Shown: one piece after another, positions 1 to 9,771 of the stretch
How the letters are laid out: each line of letters opens with the position of its first letter
How positions within the stretch are numbered: the stretch's first letter is position 1
Source: Candidatus Binatia bacterium
GTDB taxonomy: Bacteria; Desulfobacterota; Binatia; UBA9968; JAJDTQ01
Direction: 5' to 3'
NCBI GenBank assembly: GCA_963666515.2
Contig: OY762897.2
Span: 3,488,001 to 3,552,000, forward strand
Length of the DNA stretch: 64,000 nt
Notes under the pieces: generated by a model
Seen by the model: the letters and a program-made list of their open reading frames with translations, nothing else
Databases searched by the model: none
What the model was told of the DNA's origin: nothing
Translations under genes and position numbers: made by a program

Positions 1-273
1 CATCGCCGCCAAATGCTCGCGGATGTTGTCGTCGTAGCGCCGCAAGTCTTCCGTGGAAATCTCTGCATCGACCCGTGCCGCCAGTCTCCGATAGACGTCG
101 CTACGCCCTTCACCGTCGAAACCCTCTTTGCCCGGCCTTGTGTCGTCGAGCAGTTGCTTGGTGTCCGCGTAACCCAGCAGATTGTGAAGCCACGACAGTA
201 GTGTCAGCCGCTGCTCAAGTTGAGAGTAGGAGGGGGCGGTGTTAGGGCGCGGCTTTGCGCTTCGTCGAGACAT
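1..273 (-). CDS. res: Type III restriction endonuclease Res subunit, N-terminal part (runs off window start)
   Basis: Not in ORF track. ATG at 273-271 overlaps the mod stop (TGATG). Open frame to the window edge: MSRRSAKPRP...LEQRLTLLSWLHNLLGY...DLRRYDDNIREHLAAM. Identity rests mainly on translational coupling to mod; helicase motifs lie outside the window. Confidence 0.72.
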   Translation of the reverse strand, partial: MSRRSAKPRPNTAPSYSQLEQRLTLLSWLHNLLGYADTKQLLDDTRPGKEGFDGEGRSDVYRRLAARVDAEISTEDLRRYDDNIREHLAAM

Positions 274-3200
274 CAGCCCGTCGCTCCGGCGAACATCCTC
301 GCCTTGAACAGCGGTTCCACCGGCTTGGCGTCGCGAATGACCGAGTCACCGTTGACGTACAGCGTTTCCGTACCGTCACTCAGACCGCTTTCCGCGACAA
401 ATTGCCGATCTCGCGCAAAGTCTTCCTGCGTCCAACCCTCGGTATCGCGCCATACGACCGTCACGTCGCGTCCCGGCGCCTCGTGTGTCTCCCCGCGATA
501 TACGAGGTAGCGCCGTCCGCCGTCGTCGTACACTCGCCGCGTGTGGACATGCAGCCCCAGCAGGTAGGCGAAGGTCTCCGGCACGTCTGCCGTCTGCTCT
601 CGCGTGTTGCCGTTGGCGTGGGTGCGCAGCCGGTAGTCGAACGGCCGAGTCAACTTGGCTGCATTTAGCAGCGTCTCACTCTGCTTGGTTTCCCACTTCA
701 GCATGTACTTGAGCAGGTAGCCGTCGATGCGGTCCTCCAGATTCAGCCGCCCCGCCTCCTCATCGAATCCGATACTATCCAGCGCGTCCTCATAGGACTC
801 CAACCGCATGTACTTGATGATGCGGGGCGACCGTTGCACCTCTTCCGGCGTGGCATTGCGCTTGGGTCTGCCGTCCTTCCACTCGGGCGTGAATGCTACC
901 TTCTTGATGCGCGGCAGCAGCACCGTATCGAAGTACTGACCCATCTCCACCAGAACGAACCTCCGCCTGCCGCCGTCCTCCCGGTTTAGGTTAATGACGG
1001 CGTGGCCAGTGGTGCCGGAGCCGGCGAAGTAATCGAGGCAATGCCTACCGGGTTCTACGCGAGAAGCCAAAATAGCGTCACCGACAGTATGCACGGACTT
1101 CGGATACGGAAAAGGATTATGTTTGCCGATTATGTCCCCGAGCAGATTTGCACCCAGAATTCCAGCGTTATATCGAGAGTCAGTCCAATTGCTAAAGAGG
1201 GCTGGAGTTTTATCCTCGGTAGCGATCAACTGGTATATGTTTCCGTTGTCACTACACCCCAATTTGCCGTCACGGAGCAACGACAAGCACGACTCATAGG
1301 ATCGGCGCCAGACTCGTTCTTCACTAGCCGCTCCTAGCGGATACACCCTGGTATATCCTTCTCCGGTATTGCCGGTTGGGTAGTCGGCAATTTCGACTGC
1401 GGGAGGCGGCTCTAGCCCCTTCACTTCATTGGTATTAGTATCGACCAACACGGCATAAAAGCTATTTGGACGCGCATAACGAAAGTTGCTCTCCGCAGTA
1501 CCGCTACGCTTGAACGGACGGCGCTCAATATCTTGTTTGGTCATGCGTCCCGCCAGCGTCCGATTCGATGTTCTTTTTACACAAGTGAGCATGTATTCGT
1601 GGGTAGTTGATAATGTTGTCGCTTTCCCACCTTGTGGATGGTGGTTGACGATTATCATTTCGCGGCGTAGGGACGGAAAACGCTTATCGACCAATTCACA
1701 AAGGTCAACCATCTGGAAATCATCGATAGCGATGTACGACGTTGGATCGTCAGCGAGCAACGGCATTACAGCAGAGATCCGGTTTTCCATCAAGGTGAGC
1801 CACGATGAGCGTAGGTATCCGTTTCTGTATAGGATTTCTGAATCCCCGGTATTGTAAGGTGGGTCGATATACAGACACTGAACGCTGTTGCCAAACCTCT
1901 CGTCCATCAGCCGGAGCGCCTGCCAATTCTCGCTGTGAACAAGAAGGCCATCGGTCATGTCGTCGATGTCGTCGAAGGACGCCACAAGCCGGTCGGTAAA
2001 TTCGGCGTCGAAATGGCGTGTATCGAGGGACAGTGTGGGCTGTGATTGCAGGAACGACGCTGAGCGATCGGCGCCGTCGATGCCCATCAATTCCTGCCAC
2101 TCTTCCCACTGTGCCGCATTGACGGCAATCTCCGGGTAGAAGTCTGGATCGACGTTCCCCATCGTAATGCAGTACTGCGTCTCAACGACGAACTTGCGCT
2201 TCTCCCAGAGCATCTTCTGGAAACCTTCGATCTGGGCCAGGAAGTCGATGATGTCCCTGCCGACGGACTTGATGAGGCGCATCTGCTGGAACCACCCGTC
2301 CGCGGCGTACTCGCCCGCTGCCTCCAGATTGTCCAGGTTCAGCACCTCGTTCTTGAGGTAGAAGTCCAGCTCCCGTGAGAGGAAACCGTGCAGATCCTTG
2401 TGGATGAAGAAGTCCGAATCGTTGCGCCGGATGTACTGGCGCAAGTGGTGCTCCAAGTGGCTGACCGGCTCGCCGTTCCCGTTACGCCGCCGCTCCGGAG
2501 TCAGCGCGGGCAAGGCCTCCGGTACAGCCTTCAACCGCTGTGGAATCTCGATGACGGCGTCGGCGATGATCTTGTCCTGTTGGTGGTTCCTCTGGCCGTG
2601 CCGGCTTTTTTCTTTTACAGTCAGCGGGCGATATTCGAAGGGAATCGTGACAGACCGGGCAGTTTCATCCCAGTCCGTTTTCTCAACCAGCGGCAGGAAG
2701 AACCGCCTGTCACCCTTGACATTGTTCTGCTCGACGTTAGCGGCTTCGAGCCTGAAGCGCACCGACACGCCGTTGGGCGCCTTCCAGTCGTAATTGTGGA
2801 AGTGCTCGCCGGTCTTCACGTAGTACTGGTCGCTATTCGCCCAGTGGAGATAGACCTCCTCACCGTTGTAGGGAATCGCGTACCGCTCATTGCGAGAGTA
2901 CCTCCGTCTGGAGATGAAGTCCCCATCCTGGTAGTACCGGCTGAAGAAGGTGTACAGGTGGTTGTAGGTGTCGGACTCAACGGCCTGCCGGCTACGCCGA
3001 TACTCCGCGGCCGCCTTGGCGTCCAGGTATTCCCGCCCGACCGGCGTGTCCGCGTAGGCGGTGCTCAACTCGCCGTCGGCATCCAGCGCGCGGCTGCCCA
3101 GATTCGCCACCACTTTCTGGCGGGCCTTCTCCAGGTTGGCCGTCACCCGTGCCTCCCGATCAAGGGCCCCCTGGTCCAAGTCGCCGGCGATGCGCGCGGG

Positions 3201-3359
3201 CAACCCCTCGCTGATGAACCTCTCGATGGCATCCCGCTTGTGGTTCATGATGCGGTAGATGCCGAAGTCCAGGTCCGCGCAGTCGAACTGGAACAGCTCG
3301 CGCAGCAAGCCTTGGAATTTCAGAAGGTGAGTTTCGCTGGCGGCAGATTCGCTGGTCAT
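273..3359 (-). CDS. mod: Type III R-M site-specific adenine DNA methyltransferase (Mod)
   Basis: 1028 aa. Catalytic IDPPYNTG precedes the SAM-binding DYFAGSGTTGHAV (beta-class order). N-terminal DLDFGIYRIMN and YNGEEVYLHWANSDQYYVKT are typical of long Mod proteins. Confidence 0.92.
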   Translation of the reverse strand: MTSESAASETHLLKFQGLLRELFQFDCADLDFGIYRIMNHKRDAIERFISEGLPARIAGDLDQGALDREARVTANLEKARQKVVANLGSRALDADGELSTAYADTPVGREYLDAKAAAEYRRSRQAVESDTYNHLYTFFSRYYQDGDFISRRRYSRNERYAIPYNGEEVYLHWANSDQYYVKTGEHFHNYDWKAPNGVSVRFRLEAANVEQNNVKGDRRFFLPLVEKTDWDETARSVTIPFEYRPLTVKEKSRHGQRNHQQDKIIADAVIEIPQRLKAVPEALPALTPERRRNGNGEPVSHLEHHLRQYIRRNDSDFFIHKDLHGFLSRELDFYLKNEVLNLDNLEAAGEYAADGWFQQMRLIKSVGRDIIDFLAQIEGFQKMLWEKRKFVVETQYCITMGNVDPDFYPEIAVNAAQWEEWQELMGIDGADRSASFLQSQPTLSLDTRHFDAEFTDRLVASFDDIDDMTDGLLVHSENWQALRLMDERFGNSVQCLYIDPPYNTGDSEILYRNGYLRSSWLTLMENRISAVMPLLADDPTSYIAIDDFQMVDLCELVDKRFPSLRREMIIVNHHPQGGKATTLSTTHEYMLTCVKRTSNRTLAGRMTKQDIERRPFKRSGTAESNFRYARPNSFYAVLVDTNTNEVKGLEPPPAVEIADYPTGNTGEGYTRVYPLGAASEERVWRRSYESCLSLLRDGKLGCSDNGNIYQLIATEDKTPALFSNWTDSRYNAGILGANLLGDIIGKHNPFPYPKSVHTVGDAILASRVEPGRHCLDYFAGSGTTGHAVINLNREDGGRRRFVLVEMGQYFDTVLLPRIKKVAFTPEWKDGRPKRNATPEEVQRSPRIIKYMRLESYEDALDSIGFDEEAGRLNLEDRIDGYLLKYMLKWETKQSETLLNAAKLTRPFDYRLRTHANGNTREQTADVPETFAYLLGLHVHTRRVYDDGGRRYLVYRGETHEAPGRDVTVVWRDTEGWTQEDFARDRQFVAESGLSDGTETLYVNGDSVIRDAKPVEPLFKARMFAGATG

Positions 3360-3460
3360 AACGCCATTGCTCCCTTACGGCGTCAACTCTATCTTGTCAG
3401 GGATGGAAGAAACTCCACATTCATCAATATATGTCGGCAAGAATGCGCGATACTTTAGCG

Positions 3461-3850
3461 CTAGTGCAGCGACCGTGCCTCGCCGAGCACGAACTCGGCG
3501 ATCTGGGCGTCGAAGCGATCGCCGCCGGCGGTGACCATCTGGTAGGTGCCGTGCATGGTGCCGTAGGGGGTGGAGAGGGGGCAGCCGGAGGTGTACTCGA
3601 AGGACTCACCTTCCTCCAGCACCGGGCTCTCGCCCACCACGCCCGGTCCCTTGACCTCCTCCACGTGGCCGGTGGCGTCGGTGATGATCCAGTGGCGGCT
3701 GACGAGTTGCACGGTTTCCGAGCCGTCGTTGCTGATCTCCACGGTGTAGAGATAGAACCAGCGGTTGTGCTCGGGGAATGAACGGTTGGGGTCGTATTCG
3801 GTGGTGACTTCGACCCGGACCCCGCGTGTGACCGCCTTCGAGCTACCCAA
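3461..3850 (-). CDS. apaG: ApaG protein
   Basis: QLVSRHWIITD, VKGPGVVGESPVL, FEYTSGCPLSTPYGTMHGTY signature; GGAGG upstream of TTG start. Confidence 0.95.
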   Translation of the reverse strand: MGSSKAVTRGVRVEVTTEYDPNRSFPEHNRWFYLYTVEISNDGSETVQLVSRHWIITDATGHVEEVKGPGVVGESPVLEEGESFEYTSGCPLSTPYGTMHGTYQMVTAGGDRFDAQIAEFVLGEARSLH

Positions 3851-3868
3851 GGGAACCTCCCTCTTCGT

Positions 3869-5128
3869 TCACTTCGATTCCCCGCACACCGACAGGATGG
3901 TGAGCGCGTACACCTTGGTGGCGGCGACGAGATCGTCGATCTTCATGGCGCGATTGCGCGCCTGGCTGATGTCTTCCCTCTGGCGGGGCGGCCCGTAGCA
4001 CACGGCCGGAATCCCCGTCTCGTTGAACATGTTCATGTCGCGCCACATGCTGATCTCGGCCGAGGGCGGCGCCGGGGGATCAGCGCCCATGACGTCGCGG
4101 TGGGCTTGGTCGATGGAGTCGATCAGCATGTCGGCGTTCCGCGCCACGTGCCCCCTGGAATACTGGTAGACCGACACCTCCGAGTCGAAGTCCAGGGTCG
4201 CCATCACCGCTTCGATCTCGCGCCTAATGGCCTGCGGATCGGTCTTGGGCACGATGCGCACGTCGTAGTAGATGTCGCAGTAGCCGGGGCCGCCCCGGGT
4301 CGCGGCCACCTGGGCCTTGGGGATCATGGTGCCGCCGGGGAACTCGAAGCGCGCCTTGTGCTCATAGTCGATGGCCCATTGTTCCAGCGCGATGACCGCG
4401 TGGGCCATCTTGATGTAGGGGTTGGGGTGGGCCCGCAGGGACTCGCCCCTTTCCAGCCGCGGGGTGTACAGCTCGCGGCCCTTGCAGCGGATCTTGAGCC
4501 AGACCGCGCCGCACTCCCCCATGATGATCCCGAATCCGGAGGTCTCGCCGACGAGGGCGTAGTCGGCGGTGACGCCTCGGTTGACCAGCCACCAAGCGCC
4601 GAAGCCCTCGCCCGGGAAGTTTACGCCCTGGGTGTCGTCCACCGACGGCTCGCCGGTCTCGGTGGCCACGCCGGTGACGTAGAGGTCGCCGCCGAGCACC
4701 ACGCCCGCCTTGTTGAGCGCCCTGGCCGCGATCATGAAGGCGCAGAGCTGGGCCTTGTCGTTGATGAGGCCCTTGCCGAACATCAGGTCGCCGTCCACCC
4801 ACGCCCCTTCCATCCGCACGTCCGCCTCGGAGGCGTCGGCGGATAACTCGGGGCCCGTGTCCATGTGGGCGTTGAGGATGAGGCTCGATCCGCCGCCCGC
4901 GCCCCGGATCAGGCCCACCGCGTTCACGCTCTCGTCGGTGATCCACTGGAGCCAAGCCTCGATGCCGTTGCGCTTGAGCCATGCCACGGTCGCTTCGCCG
5001 AGCGCTCTTTCCCTGGCATGAGGGCTGGGGATGTTGCCCAGCTCCAGGCACAACTGGACGAGATCCTCGCGGTCCTGTTCGATGATTTCCTTGAGGCGCT
5101 GTGCGGTATCGATCATGCCCCTATTCAT
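3869..5128 (-). CDS. M20/ArgE-DapE family metallo-deacylase/peptidase (divergent; start uncertain: 5152, 5128 or 5116)
   Basis: LILNAHMDT, GKGLINDK, ALVGET and GIPAVCYGP motifs. Confidence 0.85.
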   Translation of the reverse strand: MNRGMIDTAQRLKEIIEQDREDLVQLCLELGNIPSPHARERALGEATVAWLKRNGIEAWLQWITDESVNAVGLIRGAGGGSSLILNAHMDTGPELSADASEADVRMEGAWVDGDLMFGKGLINDKAQLCAFMIAARALNKAGVVLGGDLYVTGVATETGEPSVDDTQGVNFPGEGFGAWWLVNRGVTADYALVGETSGFGIIMGECGAVWLKIRCKGRELYTPRLERGESLRAHPNPYIKMAHAVIALEQWAIDYEHKARFEFPGGTMIPKAQVAATRGGPGYCDIYYDVRIVPKTDPQAIRREIEAVMATLDFDSEVSVYQYSRGHVARNADMLIDSIDQAHRDVMGADPPAPPSAEISMWRDMNMFNETGIPAVCYGPPRQREDISQARNRAMKIDDLVAATKVYALTILSVCGESK

Positions 5129-5185
5129 ACTCGACGGCCAGATTCCCTGCAAGGAACGTGCGCGTCAGCGTTGGCCCAGCCGTGA

Positions 5186-5310
5186 TGGGCCCCGGATCAA
5201 GCTTGCCCTGGGCTTGACCCGGGGCCCGGGGTGACGCTTTCCGTCATTCCGGGCTTGACCCGGAATCCAGACGCCCGTTCTCTGGACCCTGGATCGTGTC
5301 CGGGGTGACG
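5186..5310. repeat. Cluster of palindromic repeat family A (CGTCATTCCGGGCTTGACCCGGAATCCAG and variants)
   Basis: Full copy at 5242-5270, inverted variant at 5282-5310, nested variant at 5186-5236; further copies at 36715-36743, 42931-42959 and 48811-48825 (partial). Confidence 0.85.
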
Positions 5311-5382
5311 TTATGGTGAAGGACCGTGGTCGCTACCGCAAGTTGAATCTGTTACAGGTCTCGGACAGTAGGAGGTGGTAGC

Positions 5383-6360
5383 GTGGCCAGGCAACGACCG
5401 AATTCACGGATGAAGCGGGTCAAGGCGATGCTGGAGATCGCCGCCGGCGCCTACGGCGACCGCAAGCTCGACCTGGGCGTGGCGCTGGACGTCTCCATCC
5501 GCTCCAGCGACGAGGAGGACAACATCTTCCCGCCGCTCCGGCTCGGCGTCCACGGCGAGCTCATGGGCGGCATGAAGGCGCCCATTGAGGTGGGAAAACG
5601 CCGGGTCGATGTCTCCCACGTGAACCCGTCGGTCATCGCCACCATGGCTTACCGCGGCAAGGGTTTCTACAAGGAACCGCTGCCCCTGCGGGCGCTGGCG
5701 TGCTTTCCTTCCTGGGACCGCATCGCCTTCGTCGTCTCGGCCGAGTTGGGAATCCGCTCGGTGCGGGACATCGTCCGGAACAAGATACCGTTGACCGTGT
5801 CTACCCGGGCCTCGGGAATCGACAACTCCACCGCCTACGCCATTTCCAACATCATGTCGCTGTACGGTCTGTCGTTCCGGAAGATCGTCCGTTGGGGCGG
5901 CAAGATCGACGAGTGCGCTCATCCCTCCTCCCCCAAGCGCATCGAATCCATCAAGGCGAGACGCGTGGACGCGGTATTCGATGAAGGGTTGCCGACCAAA
6001 TGGCTGGAGGCCGCTCTGGAGAACGGCTACGAGGTGCTCCATCTCGACGAGGACGTGATCCGGGGCATGGAGGACCTCGGCTTCAAGCGAGCCGTGATAC
6101 CCAAACGACAGTTCCCCGGCCTCAAGGAAGACGTCCGCACCGTGGACTTCAGCGGCTGGCCCATCATCACGCACAAGTGGCTGAGCAAAGACATGGCCTA
6201 CTCGCTGTGCGAATCCATCTACCGCCGCCGCCGCGATATCCCGGTGGACGCCGCCCGTCTGAACATACGGGAGGTCTGCCGCGACACCGACGCCGGCCCG
6301 CTGGGCATCCCGCTGCACCCCGGCGCGAAGCAGTTCTACAAGGACAAAGGGTTTCTATAG
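5383..6360 (+). CDS. TAXI-family TRAP solute-binding-like protein without an evident signal peptide
   Basis: C-terminal GIPLHPGAKQFYKDKG and the LRALA...FVV...GIRSVRDI segment are typical of TAXI proteins. Confidence 0.75.
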   Translation: MARQRPNSRMKRVKAMLEIAAGAYGDRKLDLGVALDVSIRSSDEEDNIFPPLRLGVHGELMGGMKAPIEVGKRRVDVSHVNPSVIATMAYRGKGFYKEPLPLRALACFPSWDRIAFVVSAELGIRSVRDIVRNKIPLTVSTRASGIDNSTAYAISNIMSLYGLSFRKIVRWGGKIDECAHPSSPKRIESIKARRVDAVFDEGLPTKWLEAALENGYEVLHLDEDVIRGMEDLGFKRAVIPKRQFPGLKEDVRTVDFSGWPIITHKWLSKDMAYSLCESIYRRRRDIPVDAARLNIREVCRDTDAGPLGIPLHPGAKQFYKDKGFL

Positions 6361-6527
6361 GCGCAACAGCTGGCGGGTGAGTGATTTGATTGGTATAAGG
6401 TACAGACTTGCCGGCATTTCACACGCGGTCCGTTGAAGGATCTTGGCAATGCGCCGAGCCGCTGAAACACTGCATGACGGCAGGCATGGCTCGTCCATTG
6501 ATCACCGAACTAAAAGGAGGAGCAAGT

Positions 6528-6857
6528 ATGACGAGAACTACCGCATTGTTGGGGTTTGCCCTGGCACTTGTGTTCCTGGTCTCGGCGTGTGCAACACCGA
6601 AAGTGGTCAGTGTCCAGAAAATCGGTGACGACGACCTGAATTGCCAACAGATCAAAGAGCAGTTTGCCGAGGCCCAGGATTTCGAAAGAAAGGCGCGAAG
6701 AGAGAAGGGTGCAACGGGGACAAATGTCGCGGCAGTGGTGTTCTTCTGGCCAGCCTTGCTGGCGACCTACTCGAACATTGAAGAAGCCGTGAACGCTGCG
6801 AGGGATCGGCAGGACCGTCTCCAGAAGCTCGCGGCAAAGAAGGGCTGTAAGATTTGA
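6528..6857 (+). CDS. Small hypothetical lipoprotein
   Basis: AAGGAGG at 6514-6520, hydrophobic signal and lipobox LVSA-C; 109 aa; visibly AT-richer than neighbours. Confidence 0.8.
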   Translation: MTRTTALLGFALALVFLVSACATPKVVSVQKIGDDDLNCQQIKEQFAEAQDFERKARREKGATGTNVAAVVFFWPALLATYSNIEEAVNAARDRQDRLQKLAAKKGCKI

Positions 6858-6973
6858 ACTGCTCTTGCACCAAGTACCCCTATAACGATCTCTGACGGAA
6901 AGATCCCGGATTTCCGGCAGTTGGCGGGAGAATAAGGGAAGACGACGCGTAGTGCGCCTGTACCGTCGTGTGG

Positions 6974-7348
6974 TCAGTCTCTGGCCACGGTCAACGTCAT
7001 GCGATGGCCCTGGACCACCCGGATCTCGGCGCCCGCGGGGATTGCTGCCGCTCCCGTTTCGGTGCGCGCGCGCCACAACTCGCCGTTGACGTAGACGTAT
7101 CCGTTGGGATCGAGGGTGTCTCGCGCGACGCCGCGCCGGCCCACGAGGCGGGCGGCGCCCGTGGCTTCGAGTTGGTAGGCCCGGCGCAGGAACGGATAGA
7201 AGATCACGTCCTTCAGCACCACCACGCCCAGCACGGTGAGGGCCACCCACACCGGCAGCCCCAGCCACGCGTGCAGCACGGCCACCAGGACGGCCGTGAG
7301 GGCCCAGCCGGGAACCTGAAACAGATAGTAGCGGGTGATGGTCCGCAT
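6974..7348 (-). CDS. NfeD-like short membrane protein (C-terminal OB fold)
   Basis: Two N-terminal hydrophobic segments, then LVGRRGVA...PNGYVYVNGELWRAR...IPAGAEIRVV; this is the tail of track ORF 6974..8413. Confidence 0.85.
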   Translation of the reverse strand: MRTITRYYLFQVPGWALTAVLVAVLHAWLGLPVWVALTVLGVVVLKDVIFYPFLRRAYQLEATGAARLVGRRGVARDTLDPNGYVYVNGELWRARTETGAAAIPAGAEIRVVQGHRMTLTVARD

Positions 7349-7425
7349 CGGGGTCCAGGAGGCCGTCCGAGTCGTCCGGAGCCTGCCGCGAGACGGTATT
7401 CGATGACCCGGGCCGGCCTCTCGAA

Positions 7426-8406
7426 CTACATGGCGCCGGCGAAGAGCCGCAGGGTCTCGCCGCGGTCGGCGTCGCCCACGTTGTACGGAATGATCGCCAC
7501 CTGGTTGATGGCGCTCTGCTTCAACTCCGCGACCTTGGCGCTGCACTCGTCGGGGGTGCCGGCGACGGCGAACTTGTCCACCAGCCAGTCCGGGATCACG
7601 CGGGCCTGGGCGGCGAGCGGGTTCATGTGCTGGTAGTAGTTGTAGGCTTGGTGGATGTCGTCCAGCACCTTCTGCTCCTGCTCGTCCAGGGTGAAGGGCA
7701 GCGGGTGGGCGATGACCCGGGCCACGTGGGCCTTGACCGCGTCCTTGGCTCCGGGGCCCTCGGAAACGGCGCACGGCACCCACAGCACCAGGTCGATGTC
7801 GGAGAGCTTGCGGCCCGCGGACTCGGCTCCGGCGGCGATCCGTTCCACGGCTCTCTCGATGGCGCCGGAATCCACGCCCACGAGGATGATCACGCCGTCG
7901 GCAATCCGGCCGGAAAGCTCCAGCATCTTGGGGCCGCTGGCGGCCGCGTAGAACGGGATCTTCCGGTTCTGGGCGAAGTTGAGGTGTATCTTGCTGCCGC
8001 TCTCCAGCTCGGCTTCGCCGCCCTCGATGACCGCCCGCATCTGCGCCACCGCCGCCTCGAACTCCGACAGCCGCGCCTGCTTCCGGCCCATGGTCTCCAG
8101 GGAGCTGTCGCCGAGGCCGATGCCCACGGCGAACCGCCCGGGCGCCATCTCGTCCAGGGTCGCATAGCCGCTGGCCAGCACCGAGGGGTGCCGGGTCACG
8201 GGGTTGGTGACACCGGTGCCGATGATCACCTTCGAGGTGGTGAGCGCCACCGCGGCCATGTTGACGAAGGCCTCGCGCCAGATGAGGTGCGAGTCGCCGA
8301 CCCAGATGTGGCTGTAGCCCAGATCCTCCGCCTGTTTGCTGAGCTGGATGATGCGCGACATGGGTTCCGTGGGGAACATGCCCACGCCGTACTGTAATGT
8401 GCTCAC
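7426..8406 (-). CDS. Luciferase-like (LLM) flavin- or F420-dependent oxidoreductase, Mer-like
   Basis: IWVGDSH, IGTGVTNPVTRHP, GRFAVGIGLGD, AASGPKMLELSGRIADGVI. Confidence 0.9.
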   Translation of the reverse strand: MSTLQYGVGMFPTEPMSRIIQLSKQAEDLGYSHIWVGDSHLIWREAFVNMAAVALTTSKVIIGTGVTNPVTRHPSVLASGYATLDEMAPGRFAVGIGLGDSSLETMGRKQARLSEFEAAVAQMRAVIEGGEAELESGSKIHLNFAQNRKIPFYAAASGPKMLELSGRIADGVIILVGVDSGAIERAVERIAAGAESAGRKLSDIDLVLWVPCAVSEGPGAKDAVKAHVARVIAHPLPFTLDEQEQKVLDDIHQAYNYYQHMNPLAAQARVIPDWLVDKFAVAGTPDECSAKVAELKQSAINQVAIIPYNVGDADRGETLRLFAGAM

Positions 8407-8534
8407 CGAGCAACCTCCTTGGGCGACAACCGCTTAGTCATACCGGCCTCACGCCCGCCTTTGTCAACGTTTACGACAGGTTATGGTCATACTATCCAAG
8501 ATCCGACCCCCACGGTCCCCGCGGCGGCCGTTTT

Positions 8535-9704
8535 CTACTCGCTGATGATCACCCCTCGTTCCGGCGGCGGCGTCTGCTGGCTGCGGCCCGCCACGGTCAG
8601 TTCGCCGTCGATCATCACCACCGAGATGCCCGGCAGGTCGCCCTTGGCGAAGGAATCCAGGGCGTCCGTGGACACCGAGCCGGTGATGCGGTCCATGATC
8701 ACCAGGTCCGCGGGCCTGCCCTCGGCGATGATGCCCAGGTCCAGGCCGTGGGCGCGGCCGGTGTTGCCGGTGGCCATGGCCACGGCGTGTTCCGGGGCGA
8801 TGCCGCCCAGGGAGGCGAGGAAGCATATCTCCCGCAGGATGCCCCGTGGCACCACGCCGGTGCCGCCCGGCGTGTCCGTGCCCACCAGCACCCGGCTCTC
8901 GGCGCCGTGCTCCCGGACCGCGTCGGTCAGCACCATTCCCATGCGCAGGTTGCCGGAGGTGCAGATCTCGACGTAGTACTCCGTCTCGGCCACGATGCGG
9001 CGCAGGTCCTCCTCCGGCATGGGGATGGGGCCGCCTGTGCTGTGGCCGATGACGTCGGGGTCGATGGCCTTGACGATGTCCACCCCCGCCACTTGGCTCA
9101 CGCCGGAACGGGAGACGCCGCCGGAGTGGATCTTGACCTTGATGTCCCGCGCCCGGGACCACTTCACGTATCGCTCGGCCTCGCCGGTGGGCAGCAGGCT
9201 GTAGTCGTAGAAGATGAACTTGACCAGGCGGATGCCGGCCTCGGCGATGGTGTCGAAGTCCTTCTCCTCCAGGCCCGGCACCAGCAGCAGCGTGCCGCCG
9301 TGCACCCGCACGCCGGTGGGGCGGAAGTTGTCCCAGCAGCGCTTGGCGACGATGGCCAGCGACACCGCGCACAGCGGGTCCGGCGGCAACGGCAGCCCCG
9401 GCACGTGCAGCTCGCCGGCGGAAATGATGGAGGTGACGCCGCCGTGCATGTAGTGGGTGATCCAGCCCATGGAATTCTGCGCCGGCGTGAAGTTGCCGAA
9501 GGTGGGGTGGGAGTGCGAGTCGATGAGACCGGGGACCACCGTGGTGCCGTTGGCGTCGATGGTGCGGTCGGCGTTGCCGCCCAGGCCGTTGCCGATCTCC
9601 TGGATGACGCCGTCGGCTACGAAGACCGAGTCGGCGTCCCGGAGCGGCTCCTCCAGCATCCCTGTTGCCAGCGTACCGATGTTCTTGATCAGAGTGGTGG
9701 ACAT
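8535..9704 (-). CDS. Metal-dependent amidohydrolase, enamidase-like
   Basis: PGLIDSHSHP, GGVTSIISAGELHVPG, HSGGVS, GTDTPGGTG, AMATGNT. Confidence 0.85.
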   Translation of the reverse strand: MSTTLIKNIGTLATGMLEEPLRDADSVFVADGVIQEIGNGLGGNADRTIDANGTTVVPGLIDSHSHPTFGNFTPAQNSMGWITHYMHGGVTSIISAGELHVPGLPLPPDPLCAVSLAIVAKRCWDNFRPTGVRVHGGTLLLVPGLEEKDFDTIAEAGIRLVKFIFYDYSLLPTGEAERYVKWSRARDIKVKIHSGGVSRSGVSQVAGVDIVKAIDPDVIGHSTGGPIPMPEEDLRRIVAETEYYVEICTSGNLRMGMVLTDAVREHGAESRVLVGTDTPGGTGVVPRGILREICFLASLGGIAPEHAVAMATGNTGRAHGLDLGIIAEGRPADLVIMDRITGSVSTDALDSFAKGDLPGISVVMIDGELTVAGRSQQTPPPERGVIISE

Positions 9705-9771
9705 ACGCTTGAGGCCCTTCTCGGCAAGATTCCAGATTGAGGACCGTAGCACAGAAGCCTGCGAAATTCAG

